Source of the DNA: an uncultured Gammaproteobacteria bacterium | GTDB taxonomy: Bacteria; Patescibacteriota; Microgenomatia; UBA1406; GWC2-37-13 | NCBI GenBank assembly: GCA_964392185.1 | Contig: CAYMOO010000001.1 | Span: 24,060 to 88,059, forward strand | Direction: 5' to 3' | DNA: 64,000 nucleotides | Part shown: in pieces, positions 1 to 8,374 of the stretch | Layout of the letters: each line of letters opens with the position of its first letter | Numbering within the stretch: position 1 is the stretch's first letter | Position numbers and translations under genes: made by a program | The notes under the pieces: generated by a model | Databases searched by the model: none | Told to the model about the DNA's origin: nothing | What the model saw: the letters and a program-made list of their open reading frames with translations, nothing else

Positions 1-16
1 TCTGAACTACGTCCCG
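1..16 (-). tRNA. 5' end of a tRNA gene truncated by the window edge (probable tRNA-Pro paralogue or isoacceptor)
   Basis: The reverse complement of nt 1-16 (CGGGACGTAGTTCAGA) is identical to the first 16 nt (acceptor stem plus start of D arm) of tRNA-Pro at 20111. The rest of the gene lies outside the window, so the anticodon is unknown. Confidence 0.4.
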
Positions 17-101
17 TATTCCCCATTATTATAACACTCCTAACCCTTTTACGCTTTGGTGGTGCTTTTACACTTTATCATTTGTCTTATCTAGGTATAA
101 A

Positions 102-632
102 ATGATACGTATGGGTACTTATTTGGGAGGATTACAATTATTTGTTTTATTCATCATCAATGTTTTTATGGCTTTGGCAGGGCAACTCCCTACCAAACCC
201 GAACAACAAGTAACCTGGACAAAAGCTGCTGTCGATCCGAATTACGTCAAAGTAACACGCGTTATCGACGGTGACACGATAGTAATTGAGGGTAATGCCC
301 ATGTGCGGTACATCGGCATCGACACTCCTGAGCTTGGTAATAAAAAATCTCCGGCCGAATGTTATGCCGAAGCGGCAAAAATAAGAAACAAAGATTTGGT
401 GGAAGGCAAGATGGTGCGTTTGGAAAAAGACGTCTCCGAGACAGACCGTTATGGAAGACTTTTGCGCTATGTATTTCTCGACGATATGCTCGTAAATGAG
501 GAGCTTTTGCGCGAAGGTTATGCCAAAGCCGTCACGTTTCCCCCTGATGTGAAATATGCGGATTATTTTTCTGGCTTAGAAAAAACCGCTGCGAAAGAAA
601 AGGTTGGCTTGTGGACCAAGTGTGCCGATTGA
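102..632 (+). CDS. Membrane-anchored/secreted thermonuclease (staphylococcal nuclease, SNase family)
   Basis: 176-aa ORF. An N-terminal hydrophobic segment (LQLFVLFIINVFMALAG) is followed by SNase signatures VIDGDTI, VRYIGIDTPE, DRYGRLLRYV and LLREGYAKA. Confidence 0.85.
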   Translation: MIRMGTYLGGLQLFVLFIINVFMALAGQLPTKPEQQVTWTKAAVDPNYVKVTRVIDGDTIVIEGNAHVRYIGIDTPELGNKKSPAECYAEAAKIRNKDLVEGKMVRLEKDVSETDRYGRLLRYVFLDDMLVNEELLREGYAKAVTFPPDVKYADYFSGLEKTAAKEKVGLWTKCAD

Positions 633-633
633 T

Positions 634-1263
634 TTACTTCAACAGAACAACTCTTGCCGGGGCGGCATCATTGGTTTCGGCAGCCAAGGGAAGCGCTACT
701 AAAAAATAAGCACCTTCGGTGACTTTTGCTAAATCGATACCCTCGATGATCGGTATATTTTTGGATAAAAGCTCCGTGTGAGGACGGTTATCGGGCGATC
801 CTTTCTGCTTCACAGAAAAGGAATCTATTCCGAGTAGTCTTATTTCTTTTTCGGCAACATAATGAGCCGCCTCCGGCGATAAGAAAACATAATCGTCATA
901 AAAATGGGTGAAGCCTCGGGATGAATTGGTCGTTTTCAACAGGATCCGCTCGCCTTTTTTTACATTTTTACTTTTAATATCTACCAAAGATATCGAACTT
1001 TTTGATGATGATAAATCTAAAACGCGCACGCCACCAACAAAATAATTCAAAGGAAAATCCTGTATTTTTTTACCTTCGGAAAATGCATGTGCCGGTGCAT
1101 CAATGTGTGTACCCACATGTGATCCGAGTAAAATTTGCGAATTAAAAGATTGGCCGGAGGCGCTTGCGAAATGTTTTATCTCGACCGGGGGATTGCCTGG
1201 ATAGACGGGAGTATTTGCATTTAGAAATATTGAAATATCGATGATTTCCCTGTCTGTTACCAT
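634..1263 (-). CDS. Putative cyclase / kynurenine-formamidase-family metal hydrolase
   Basis: 209-aa ORF with the HxGTHxDxPxH motif of this family (SHVGTHIDAPAHAF). It lies 12 nt downstream of the zwf-gnd fusion on the same strand. Confidence 0.7.
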   Translation of the reverse strand: MVTDREIIDISIFLNANTPVYPGNPPVEIKHFASASGQSFNSQILLGSHVGTHIDAPAHAFSEGKKIQDFPLNYFVGGVRVLDLSSSKSSISLVDIKSKNVKKGERILLKTTNSSRGFTHFYDDYVFLSPEAAHYVAEKEIRLLGIDSFSVKQKGSPDNRPHTELLSKNIPIIEGIDLAKVTEGAYFLVALPLAAETNDAAPARVVLLK

Positions 1264-1275
1264 ATTTTGCAGAAA

Positions 1276-3639
1276 TTATTTTTTAATACTATGGCCGCCA
1301 AATTGATTGCGCATCGTCGAAAGCAATTTACCCGTATAACTGGGGTTCTTTTCGGAATCTTTTCGGAACTGAAGCGCTCCTTCTATAATTCTTGCCTTAA
1401 CATCTAGATCATTCGCGGCCTCAACCGTCCATGCACCTTCACCCGTATGTGCAACAGTACCCGAAACTTTATCCAGCTCTTCACCATATATTTCAAGACC
1501 ATCCTTAAGCCACCCAATCAAACGCGACTCCACAACCGAACCATGATTGTAAAGGTGAGCTACGTTTCTAAGATCTAATTTATATTTAGCCTTCTTCATA
1601 ATCGCAAAACCTTCGGCGATGGCCTGCATCATCCCGTACTCAATTCCGTTATGCACCATCTTTACAAAGTGCCCAGCACCGATCCCTTCAAAGAACTGCG
1701 TTCCCGACGCCACAGTAAGATCGATATAAAGAGGCGTGAGGTAATCGTAAATTTCCCGCTCACCACCAACCATTATACAAGCACCGTAACGAGCACCTTT
1801 TGGACCTCCGGAGACTCCGGCATCGGCGAACCTTATACCATATTTTTTTATCTTCTTCGCCCTCTCTATTGTGTCTTTGTAATTCGAATTGCCGGCATCG
1901 ATCATTATATCTCCTTTTTCCAAATATTTAACCAATCCGTCGGTACCAAAAATCATCTCGTCAACCGGCCTACCCGAAGGAACCATAATCCAAATGAGTC
2001 TGGGTGGCTTGAGTTGTTCGACTAAAGATTTTATCGTCACAGCAGTCTTTAAGCCGTCTTTTTCTAAGGCTTGAGCAACTTCAAAAGTACGGTTGTAACC
2101 AACTACATTCCAACCCTTTTCAAGAAGTTGCAGTGCAATACCCGTACCCATCTTACCCAAACCAACAACACCTATCGAGTGGTTATTGGCAATGCTATTA
2201 ATATGAGTAGTTGGGGATTCTACCTCGTTAATTATCGATTCGGAATGTTTTTTATAAAGAGATAGAGGAACCGCATTCTCCGCCCATGATTTTATGATCG
2301 GATCGACAAATTTCCACATCGCCAAGACTTCATCGGTACTGACAAACAATATTTGATTACCGCTTATCGCATCAAGAAGTAGCTTTTCATATTCCTCGAC
2401 ATATTGATTCGGATTAACGCGGTTACGGAATCTGTCGGTGAAGCACCGTTCTTCGAGGTCACTAGAAAGTCCGGATTTTTTTGAAAGAAAATTTATCCTA
2501 ATTTCTTCCTTCGGCTCGAGAGAAAAAACAACCTGATTTTTATGGTGACGGCCGCCCGGCGGACAGAGACAAGGCGCAGTGTGCTTGAAAGTGACAACGA
2601 TTTCCTTTTTAGATTTCTTAAGATTCTTACCGTGCTCCAATATTATCGGCACGCCCGCCCATCTTGGAGAATCAATGAATGTTTGTATACGGAAAAATGT
2701 CTCTGTTTTGGAGTCTGTCGCTACTCCAGTTTCGTCTACATAACCCTCATATTGCCCCCGGGAAGTATATTCGACGATTTCCTTTTTCGATAACTGTCTA
2801 ACGTACTTCAAAATAGCAGCTCGCACTTTTCTTACCTCGTCGCCTCCAAACTTACCCGGATGATCCATAGTGACAAGGGCCAACATTTGCATAAGATGAT
2901 TTTGACCCACGTCACGAAGCGCTCCCACACCATCATAAAACTTCCCTCTCGATTCAACCCCAAACACTTCATGCTGACGAATACAAATAGACTCGATATG
3001 GCGGTTATTCCAGGAAGACTCCAATATATTATTGGAAAATCTAAAGGTAAGAATATTCTGCAGCATTTCTTTTGCAAGATAATGATCAATGCGATAAATC
3101 TGTTCTTCCTTAAATAATTTACCCATAAAAAGATCAAGTGACTTTGCCGTTTCCAGATCGTGTCCGAATGGTTTCTCGACCAGAACCCGTGTCCATCCAC
3201 CATCTGGTCCGCAAGGTATCGTAAGACCGGAGCGATCGAGGTTGAGGAATATAGTTTTGTAATATTCGGGAGGTACTGCAAGATAAAACAACTTATTGGC
3301 GCAAGTCTTCCATTCACCATCAATGCGTCCCAAAATTGTCGCGAGCGCTTTGTAGTCGTCAAGGCTGTCAAATTTGCCCGAATGATAGTTTATATACTTA
3401 AAAAAGTCCTCGATAGTTTTTTTATCGGCTTTAATATTTTTGTAAGCTAAAAAATTCTGCATTATATGCAGCTGGAATTCCTCACGGGATATCTTTCGAC
3501 GGGAGAAACCGATAATCTGCATCATCTTGGGTAATTTACCTTTTTGGAAAAGGCGCAACAGTGAGGGGGCGATTTTTTTCGCCATCAGGTCGCCGGTGGC
3601 TCCGAATATTACAAGAATCGTGGGAGTATCTTGTATCAT
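1276..3639 (-). CDS. zwf: Fusion protein: glucose-6-phosphate dehydrogenase (N-terminal) plus short-form 6-phosphogluconate dehydrogenase (C-terminal)
   Basis: Uninterrupted 787-aa ORF. The N-terminal ~480 aa carry G6PD motifs IFGATGDLMAKK, EKPFGHDL and RIDHYLAKE. After the linker IINEVESPTTHINSIANNHS come a Rossmann motif IGVVGLGKMGTGIA and the 6PGDH motif GAGHFVKMVHNGIEYGMMQ. Confidence 0.85.
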   Translation of the reverse strand: MIQDTPTILVIFGATGDLMAKKIAPSLLRLFQKGKLPKMMQIIGFSRRKISREEFQLHIMQNFLAYKNIKADKKTIEDFFKYINYHSGKFDSLDDYKALATILGRIDGEWKTCANKLFYLAVPPEYYKTIFLNLDRSGLTIPCGPDGGWTRVLVEKPFGHDLETAKSLDLFMGKLFKEEQIYRIDHYLAKEMLQNILTFRFSNNILESSWNNRHIESICIRQHEVFGVESRGKFYDGVGALRDVGQNHLMQMLALVTMDHPGKFGGDEVRKVRAAILKYVRQLSKKEIVEYTSRGQYEGYVDETGVATDSKTETFFRIQTFIDSPRWAGVPIILEHGKNLKKSKKEIVVTFKHTAPCLCPPGGRHHKNQVVFSLEPKEEIRINFLSKKSGLSSDLEERCFTDRFRNRVNPNQYVEEYEKLLLDAISGNQILFVSTDEVLAMWKFVDPIIKSWAENAVPLSLYKKHSESIINEVESPTTHINSIANNHSIGVVGLGKMGTGIALQLLEKGWNVVGYNRTFEVAQALEKDGLKTAVTIKSLVEQLKPPRLIWIMVPSGRPVDEMIFGTDGLVKYLEKGDIMIDAGNSNYKDTIERAKKIKKYGIRFADAGVSGGPKGARYGACIMVGGEREIYDYLTPLYIDLTVASGTQFFEGIGAGHFVKMVHNGIEYGMMQAIAEGFAIMKKAKYKLDLRNVAHLYNHGSVVESRLIGWLKDGLEIYGEELDKVSGTVAHTGEGAWTVEAANDLDVKARIIEGALQFRKDSEKNPSYTGKLLSTMRNQFGGHSIKK

Positions 3640-3680
3640 GTATCTGCCATTATACTCTCTCCCACAGGAATATATCGTTG

Positions 3681-4178
3681 TTATTTGTATGCATTGTAAG
3701 CAGATAAAAATCTTTTCGACTCTAGTTTTATTACTTCTATTTCCGAACCGATGCGGGCTATTTCGTTAATGTAGTATGTATATTCCGGATCGCCACATTG
3801 GGCTGACCGAGAATTGAATGTGAGCATCATCTCGTATAGTTTTTGCTCTCTACAAGTGTATTCATCGATCATCTTCAACAAATAAACTGGGAATCCCGCA
3901 GCTATTCTCTCCGTAGGAAAACAAAACTGGAGATACTTTTTATCTACAACATGCTCCACCTCAGATATTTCCGACATCATCCGAGTTACAGAATAAGCGC
4001 CATATCTCTCGACCGTATGTTTATAGTGTGCGAATTCCTCGGCTCCCTTCTCTTGATCAAAATGGCAATATAATTCATCCGTCACGCCAGATACATATTT
4101 TCCTACTTCCTTCAGACGAAGATTAAAATCTATCTGTGACTGGTCAATTTCGCTCCATCCCCCATTTGTTTCTATCAT
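3681..4178 (-). CDS. Hypothetical protein (no recognisable motif)
   Basis: 165-aa ORF on the same strand, 41 nt upstream of the zwf-gnd fusion. I recognise no family signature. Confidence 0.45.
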   Translation of the reverse strand: MIETNGGWSEIDQSQIDFNLRLKEVGKYVSGVTDELYCHFDQEKGAEEFAHYKHTVERYGAYSVTRMMSEISEVEHVVDKKYLQFCFPTERIAAGFPVYLLKMIDEYTCREQKLYEMMLTFNSRSAQCGDPEYTYYINEIARIGSEIEVIKLESKRFLSAYNAYK

Positions 4179-4269
4179 AATATCGGACTATAAATTTAAC
4201 AGGAGTATCTTAATATATCGGTGATTAAAATCTCTTGGGCTGTAACAGGCGGTACGATATACTTAATTT

Positions 4270-5751
4270 ATGGAAAACCAAAAAGTTGTCGTTATCGGCG
4301 CCGGCATTTCTGGCTTGGCAACCGCGGCACTTCTTGGGAAAAATGGCTATAAAGTTACTATTCTGGAAAAAAACGAGGTGATTGGCGGGCGAGCGATGGT
4401 ATTTCGCGAATCGGGATTCACATTCGACATGGGCCCATCCTGGTACACGATGCCCGAAATATTCGACCGTTATTTTTCTCTTTTCAATAAAAAAACCAGT
4501 GACTATTACGTACTTAAAAAACTCGATCCACAACTGAAAGCTTTTTATAGTCTATCACAGAGCATTACTATTCCCGGCAACCTCGAGGGCGCGGTTGCGG
4601 CACTTGAGACCCTTGACCCCGGAATTGCCCCCCGTTTTTATAGTCATCTGGAAAAATCCGGATATATAAAAGAGAAGGCTACCGGAGATTTATTATATAA
4701 ATCCTACGATTCGATTTCCCAACTGATAATGCCTGGGATATTACTTGAAGGAAAAAAACTAGGCATTTACGAATCACTGCATTCCGAAGTTGCCAAAATC
4801 ACTTCCGACCCAAAAGTGCAACAGTTACTAGAATTTCATGCGATGTTTCTGGGTTGTTCACCCTACAACATTCCCGCTCTATATTCACTCATGGACAGCG
4901 TTATTTATAATGATGGCGTATTTTACCCCATGGGAGGAATGTATAAAATAATAAGCGCTTTGGAAAAACTTTGTATAGAAAATAAATGCGAAATAAAGAC
5001 AGCCCAGAATATCAAAAAAATCGCCGTCTCCGCCGGTAATGCCAAATCCGTTATTACTGAGGAGGGTGGCGTATATAGCGCCGACATCGTCGTTTCCTCT
5101 GCCGATTATCCATTCACAGAACTAAAATTATTAGACAAGGAGTGGTGTTCGTATCCGGCGTCATACTGGGAGAAAAAAACAGTCGCGCCTTCGGCATTTA
5201 TAATTTATCTCGGCATAAAGGGTAAAATAAATACTCTCGCACACCATTCCATTTATTTCTCCAGCCACTGGAAATCACATTTCGATTCCATCTTTACCAA
5301 TCCGGACTGGCCCAACGATCCTTCATACTATATTGGTGTGCCGTCCAAAACAGACTCCTCCATAGTCCCCGAAGACTCTGAATCTGTATTTATTTTAGTG
5401 CCGGTTGCTCCGGGCTTGGTCGACTCGGATGAGGTGTGTGATTATTTCGAAAAAAAAATCCTCAACCATTTTTCAAACCTAATAGGTGAATCGCTTAATG
5501 GTAGAATCGTCGTCAAACACATTCTATCTTCACGCGATTATTCCGCTTTATATAATGCATATCAAGGAACAGCCTTTGGGCTATCTCATACAAGATTGCA
5601 GACAGCCATGTTTAGACCGTCCATAAAAAGTAAAAAAGTAGATAATCTATACTATACCGGTCAATACCTTCATCCGGGTATCGGTGTACCGATGTGTCTG
5701 GTCTCGGCGGAGCTGACTGCGGGAAAAATAACCAATGACAAACGCAAATAA
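4270..5751 (+). CDS. crtI: Phytoene desaturase family (CrtI/CrtN-type FAD-dependent desaturase)
   Basis: 493-aa ORF with the N-terminal FAD fold VVVIGAGISGLATAALLGKNGYKVTILEKNEVIGGRA. The C-terminal YYTGQYLHPGIGVPMCLVSAE is typical of CrtI-family desaturases. Confidence 0.85.
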   Translation: MENQKVVVIGAGISGLATAALLGKNGYKVTILEKNEVIGGRAMVFRESGFTFDMGPSWYTMPEIFDRYFSLFNKKTSDYYVLKKLDPQLKAFYSLSQSITIPGNLEGAVAALETLDPGIAPRFYSHLEKSGYIKEKATGDLLYKSYDSISQLIMPGILLEGKKLGIYESLHSEVAKITSDPKVQQLLEFHAMFLGCSPYNIPALYSLMDSVIYNDGVFYPMGGMYKIISALEKLCIENKCEIKTAQNIKKIAVSAGNAKSVITEEGGVYSADIVVSSADYPFTELKLLDKEWCSYPASYWEKKTVAPSAFIIYLGIKGKINTLAHHSIYFSSHWKSHFDSIFTNPDWPNDPSYYIGVPSKTDSSIVPEDSESVFILVPVAPGLVDSDEVCDYFEKKILNHFSNLIGESLNGRIVVKHILSSRDYSALYNAYQGTAFGLSHTRLQTAMFRPSIKSKKVDNLYYTGQYLHPGIGVPMCLVSAELTAGKITNDKRK

Positions 5752-6604
5752 TACCGCAAAAAAAATATTCTCTCGTTCTTCAAATACTTATTTCTATTCT
5801 AGTCTTTTTTTTCCAAAAAAAATCCGGGAAGATATAACAACCCTATACGCATTTGTGAGGACCGCCGACAACTTCGTCGACAGTATTCCGCAAGACTTAT
5901 TAGGCTTCCAAAATCTTAAAAAACAACTATATGCAGCGCTTTCAGGTAAGAGCACCAACAACCTAATAATTGACAACTTCGTCCTTTTGGCTAAAACACA
6001 TAAATTCCAGCTCAACTGGATCGATGCTTTTATGGGAGTAATGGAGCAGGACACCGTGATAAAAAAATATCATAGTTTTGCCGATCTTCAAAAATATATA
6101 TATGGATCGGCAGAGATAATCGGTATCATGATCGCAAAAATTCTCAACTTGCCAAAAGCATCATATCCATTCGCCATGGCGCAGGGTCGGGCGATGCAGT
6201 TTATAAACTTCATAAGAGATATCGATGAGGATTTAACACTTGGTAGAGTTTATATTCCTCAAAAAGATATCGAAAAATTCGGATTGAAATCTTTGAAACC
6301 CACAACACCAAATGAAATCGTCAATTTTCAACGACTAATAAGATACGAGATCGACATATACAGGCGAATGCAAGAAGAGGCTTCCCGGGGATACGATCTA
6401 ATCCCGAGAAAGTATCGAGTGGCGATAAAAACAGCCGCCGATATGTACAAGTGGACAGCCGAAAATATATATAAGAATCTCATGATAGTATTTCAACATA
6501 AAATAAAACCGAACAAGATGCGCGTCGTATTGAATGCTTTACTAAATTTATTGAAAGCATACTCTTCATTCGATATAGATAGACGAAGGATGGTGTTGAC
6601 ATAA
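5735..6604 (+). CDS. crtB: Phytoene/squalene synthase family (CrtB/CrtM)
   Basis: 289-aa ORF overlapping the crtI end by 17 nt. Motifs are YAFVRTADNFVD (first Asp-rich region) and FINFIRDIDEDLTLGRVYIP (second Asp-rich region). Confidence 0.85.
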   Translation: MTNANNTAKKIFSRSSNTYFYSSLFFPKKIREDITTLYAFVRTADNFVDSIPQDLLGFQNLKKQLYAALSGKSTNNLIIDNFVLLAKTHKFQLNWIDAFMGVMEQDTVIKKYHSFADLQKYIYGSAEIIGIMIAKILNLPKASYPFAMAQGRAMQFINFIRDIDEDLTLGRVYIPQKDIEKFGLKSLKPTTPNEIVNFQRLIRYEIDIYRRMQEEASRGYDLIPRKYRVAIKTAADMYKWTAENIYKNLMIVFQHKIKPNKMRVVLNALLNLLKAYSSFDIDRRRMVLT

Positions 6605-6623
6605 TTGTTGACTAAAATAAAAT

Positions 6624-7688
6624 ATGAAAATAGAATCATTCGTAAAAGACAACAAGCCTCGGTTGGAGAATTATCTAACAGAATACTTGAATCACCAAAA
6701 AATACATTCACCAAAAGATCTCCCTTACCTTTCGGAGACTATAGACTTATATTCCCATTTCATACTGAACGGAAAAATGATTCGCGGGCTACTGATTCTT
6801 ATCGGTGCCACAATAAATGGCGATAAACACTCGAATGAAGCCGTCGCGATGGCAGGAGCGATCGAAATTATTCATTCGACTCTTCTCATACATGACGACA
6901 TAATGGACAACGACAGACTTAGACGCGGGAACAAAGCTCTCTTTGCCCATTATGAAGAAAAAGGAGAGTCTGCCCGCGTACTAAACCCTCATTTATATGG
7001 GCAGTCTATGGCGATATGCGTCGGGGATGTGGGATTTTTTTTGGCATATGAGCTTATATCTACGCACTCGGATAATCCAAAAACTACAATCAACCTCATA
7101 AAAATGCTTTCGAGAGAGTTGCAATATGTTGGAGCGATGCAGATGTCCGATGTCGATCTGGGTATGAGACAAACGGAACCTACCGAGGAAGAAATATTAT
7201 CCGTATACCGATATAAAACCGGCCGTTACACTATTTCTCTTCCGTTAACACTTGGGGCAAAACTGACCCGCGCGCCAAAAAATTTGATTTCCTCACTGGA
7301 CTCTTACGGAGAAGATTTGGGCATACTTTTCCAACTTCGCGACGATGAACTATCCATCTTCGGCGGCGAAAATGTCACCGGCAAACCCATAGGCTCCGAT
7401 ATAAGAGAAAATAAAAAAACGTTAATAAGACACCTTTTGTTTAAGTTCGCCAACGAAAGGGAGACTCTGATTCTCAAAACCATTTTTGGCAATAAAGATA
7501 TCGGTAATAAGGAAATAGAAATCGTAAAAAAAATTTTCGACTCCTCCCAGGCAAAAACATTCTTGTCCAATAAGGTAAGCTTGACTTTGAATAACCTACA
7601 TAACAAAATCGATACAATGCCTATAAATACCGATCGGCAGGAACTCCTTCACAGTTTCACCGATTATATAATCACAAGAAATAAATGA
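6624..7688 (+). CDS. Polyprenyl diphosphate synthase (GGPP-synthase-like trans-prenyltransferase)
   Basis: 354-aa ORF. The first Asp-rich motif is LLIHDDIMDNDRLRRG. The second motif region reads FQLRDDELSIFG, so the third Asp of DDxxD is Ser. GKPIGSDIRENKKT lies downstream. Confidence 0.8.
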   Translation: MKIESFVKDNKPRLENYLTEYLNHQKIHSPKDLPYLSETIDLYSHFILNGKMIRGLLILIGATINGDKHSNEAVAMAGAIEIIHSTLLIHDDIMDNDRLRRGNKALFAHYEEKGESARVLNPHLYGQSMAICVGDVGFFLAYELISTHSDNPKTTINLIKMLSRELQYVGAMQMSDVDLGMRQTEPTEEEILSVYRYKTGRYTISLPLTLGAKLTRAPKNLISSLDSYGEDLGILFQLRDDELSIFGGENVTGKPIGSDIRENKKTLIRHLLFKFANERETLILKTIFGNKDIGNKEIEIVKKIFDSSQAKTFLSNKVSLTLNNLHNKIDTMPINTDRQELLHSFTDYIITRNK

Positions 7689-8374
7689 AATATGAATATC
7701 TAATATTCGACCTGTTAATTTTCATATCTCCTTTTATTGCAAAATACTTCTTCGTCAAACTTAATTTCCCTGATTTGAAGCGGACAATTATATCGACAAT
7801 AATAACCGCCTCTATATTTACAATCTGGGATAACCTTGTGGTGGGATATTTTTGGGAATTTAACCCACAATATATAACGGGAATATATTTGCTTCGATTA
7901 CCATTGGAAGAGTGGGTTTTCTTTTTAGTCGTACCTTACGCCTGTCTATTTATTTGGCAAAATTTAGAAAACCGTTTCAATGATTCGAGTCTCCCTGATT
8001 ACTATCAAAGGACACTCATTATACTTCTGTTGTTACTTAGTGTTTGGTTTTTTATAGATAAAAAACTATATACTTCATCCGACCTTTTTATTTTTTCTAT
8101 CGTGATATGGCTCGATATGTTATTGCAAACCAACCTCATCTTTACCATAAAGGGACTATTATTCACAATAATTACTTTAATTCTCACCTTCGTATTCAAC
8201 TACTATCTGACAGCAAGACCAGTGGTCTTGTACGCGCCGGAAATGAAAACAAATATAAATTTTATCTCTATACCTGTCGAAGATTTTATATTCGGATTGT
8301 CATTAATGTATCTGGAAGTAATTATCTATATAAAATCTTTGGAAAAATCACGCGGGGGAAAAATGACTACTTAA
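7685..8374 (+). CDS. Lycopene cyclase domain protein (fused CrtYc/CrtYd-type)
   Basis: 229-aa polytopic membrane ORF with an ATGA overlap onto the upstream synthase. It has two halves, each with the PxE(E/D) motif of heterodimeric-type lycopene cyclases (RLPLEEWVFF and IPVEDFIFG). Confidence 0.7.
   Translation: MKYEYLIFDLLIFISPFIAKYFFVKLNFPDLKRTIISTIITASIFTIWDNLVVGYFWEFNPQYITGIYLLRLPLEEWVFFLVVPYACLFIWQNLENRFNDSSLPDYYQRTLIILLLLLSVWFFIDKKLYTSSDLFIFSIVIWLDMLLQTNLIFTIKGLLFTIITLILTFVFNYYLTARPVVLYAPEMKTNINFISIPVEDFIFGLSLMYLEVIIYIKSLEKSRGGKMTT

Noticed and set aside
2832-3371. 179-aa ORF on the same strand as, but out of frame with, the zwf-gnd fusion
   Set aside because: It lies entirely inside a gene with strong family motifs, and its low-complexity sequence has no motif. 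It is an alternative-frame artefact. The same applies to the plus-strand ORFs at 1651-3450 listed in the track.
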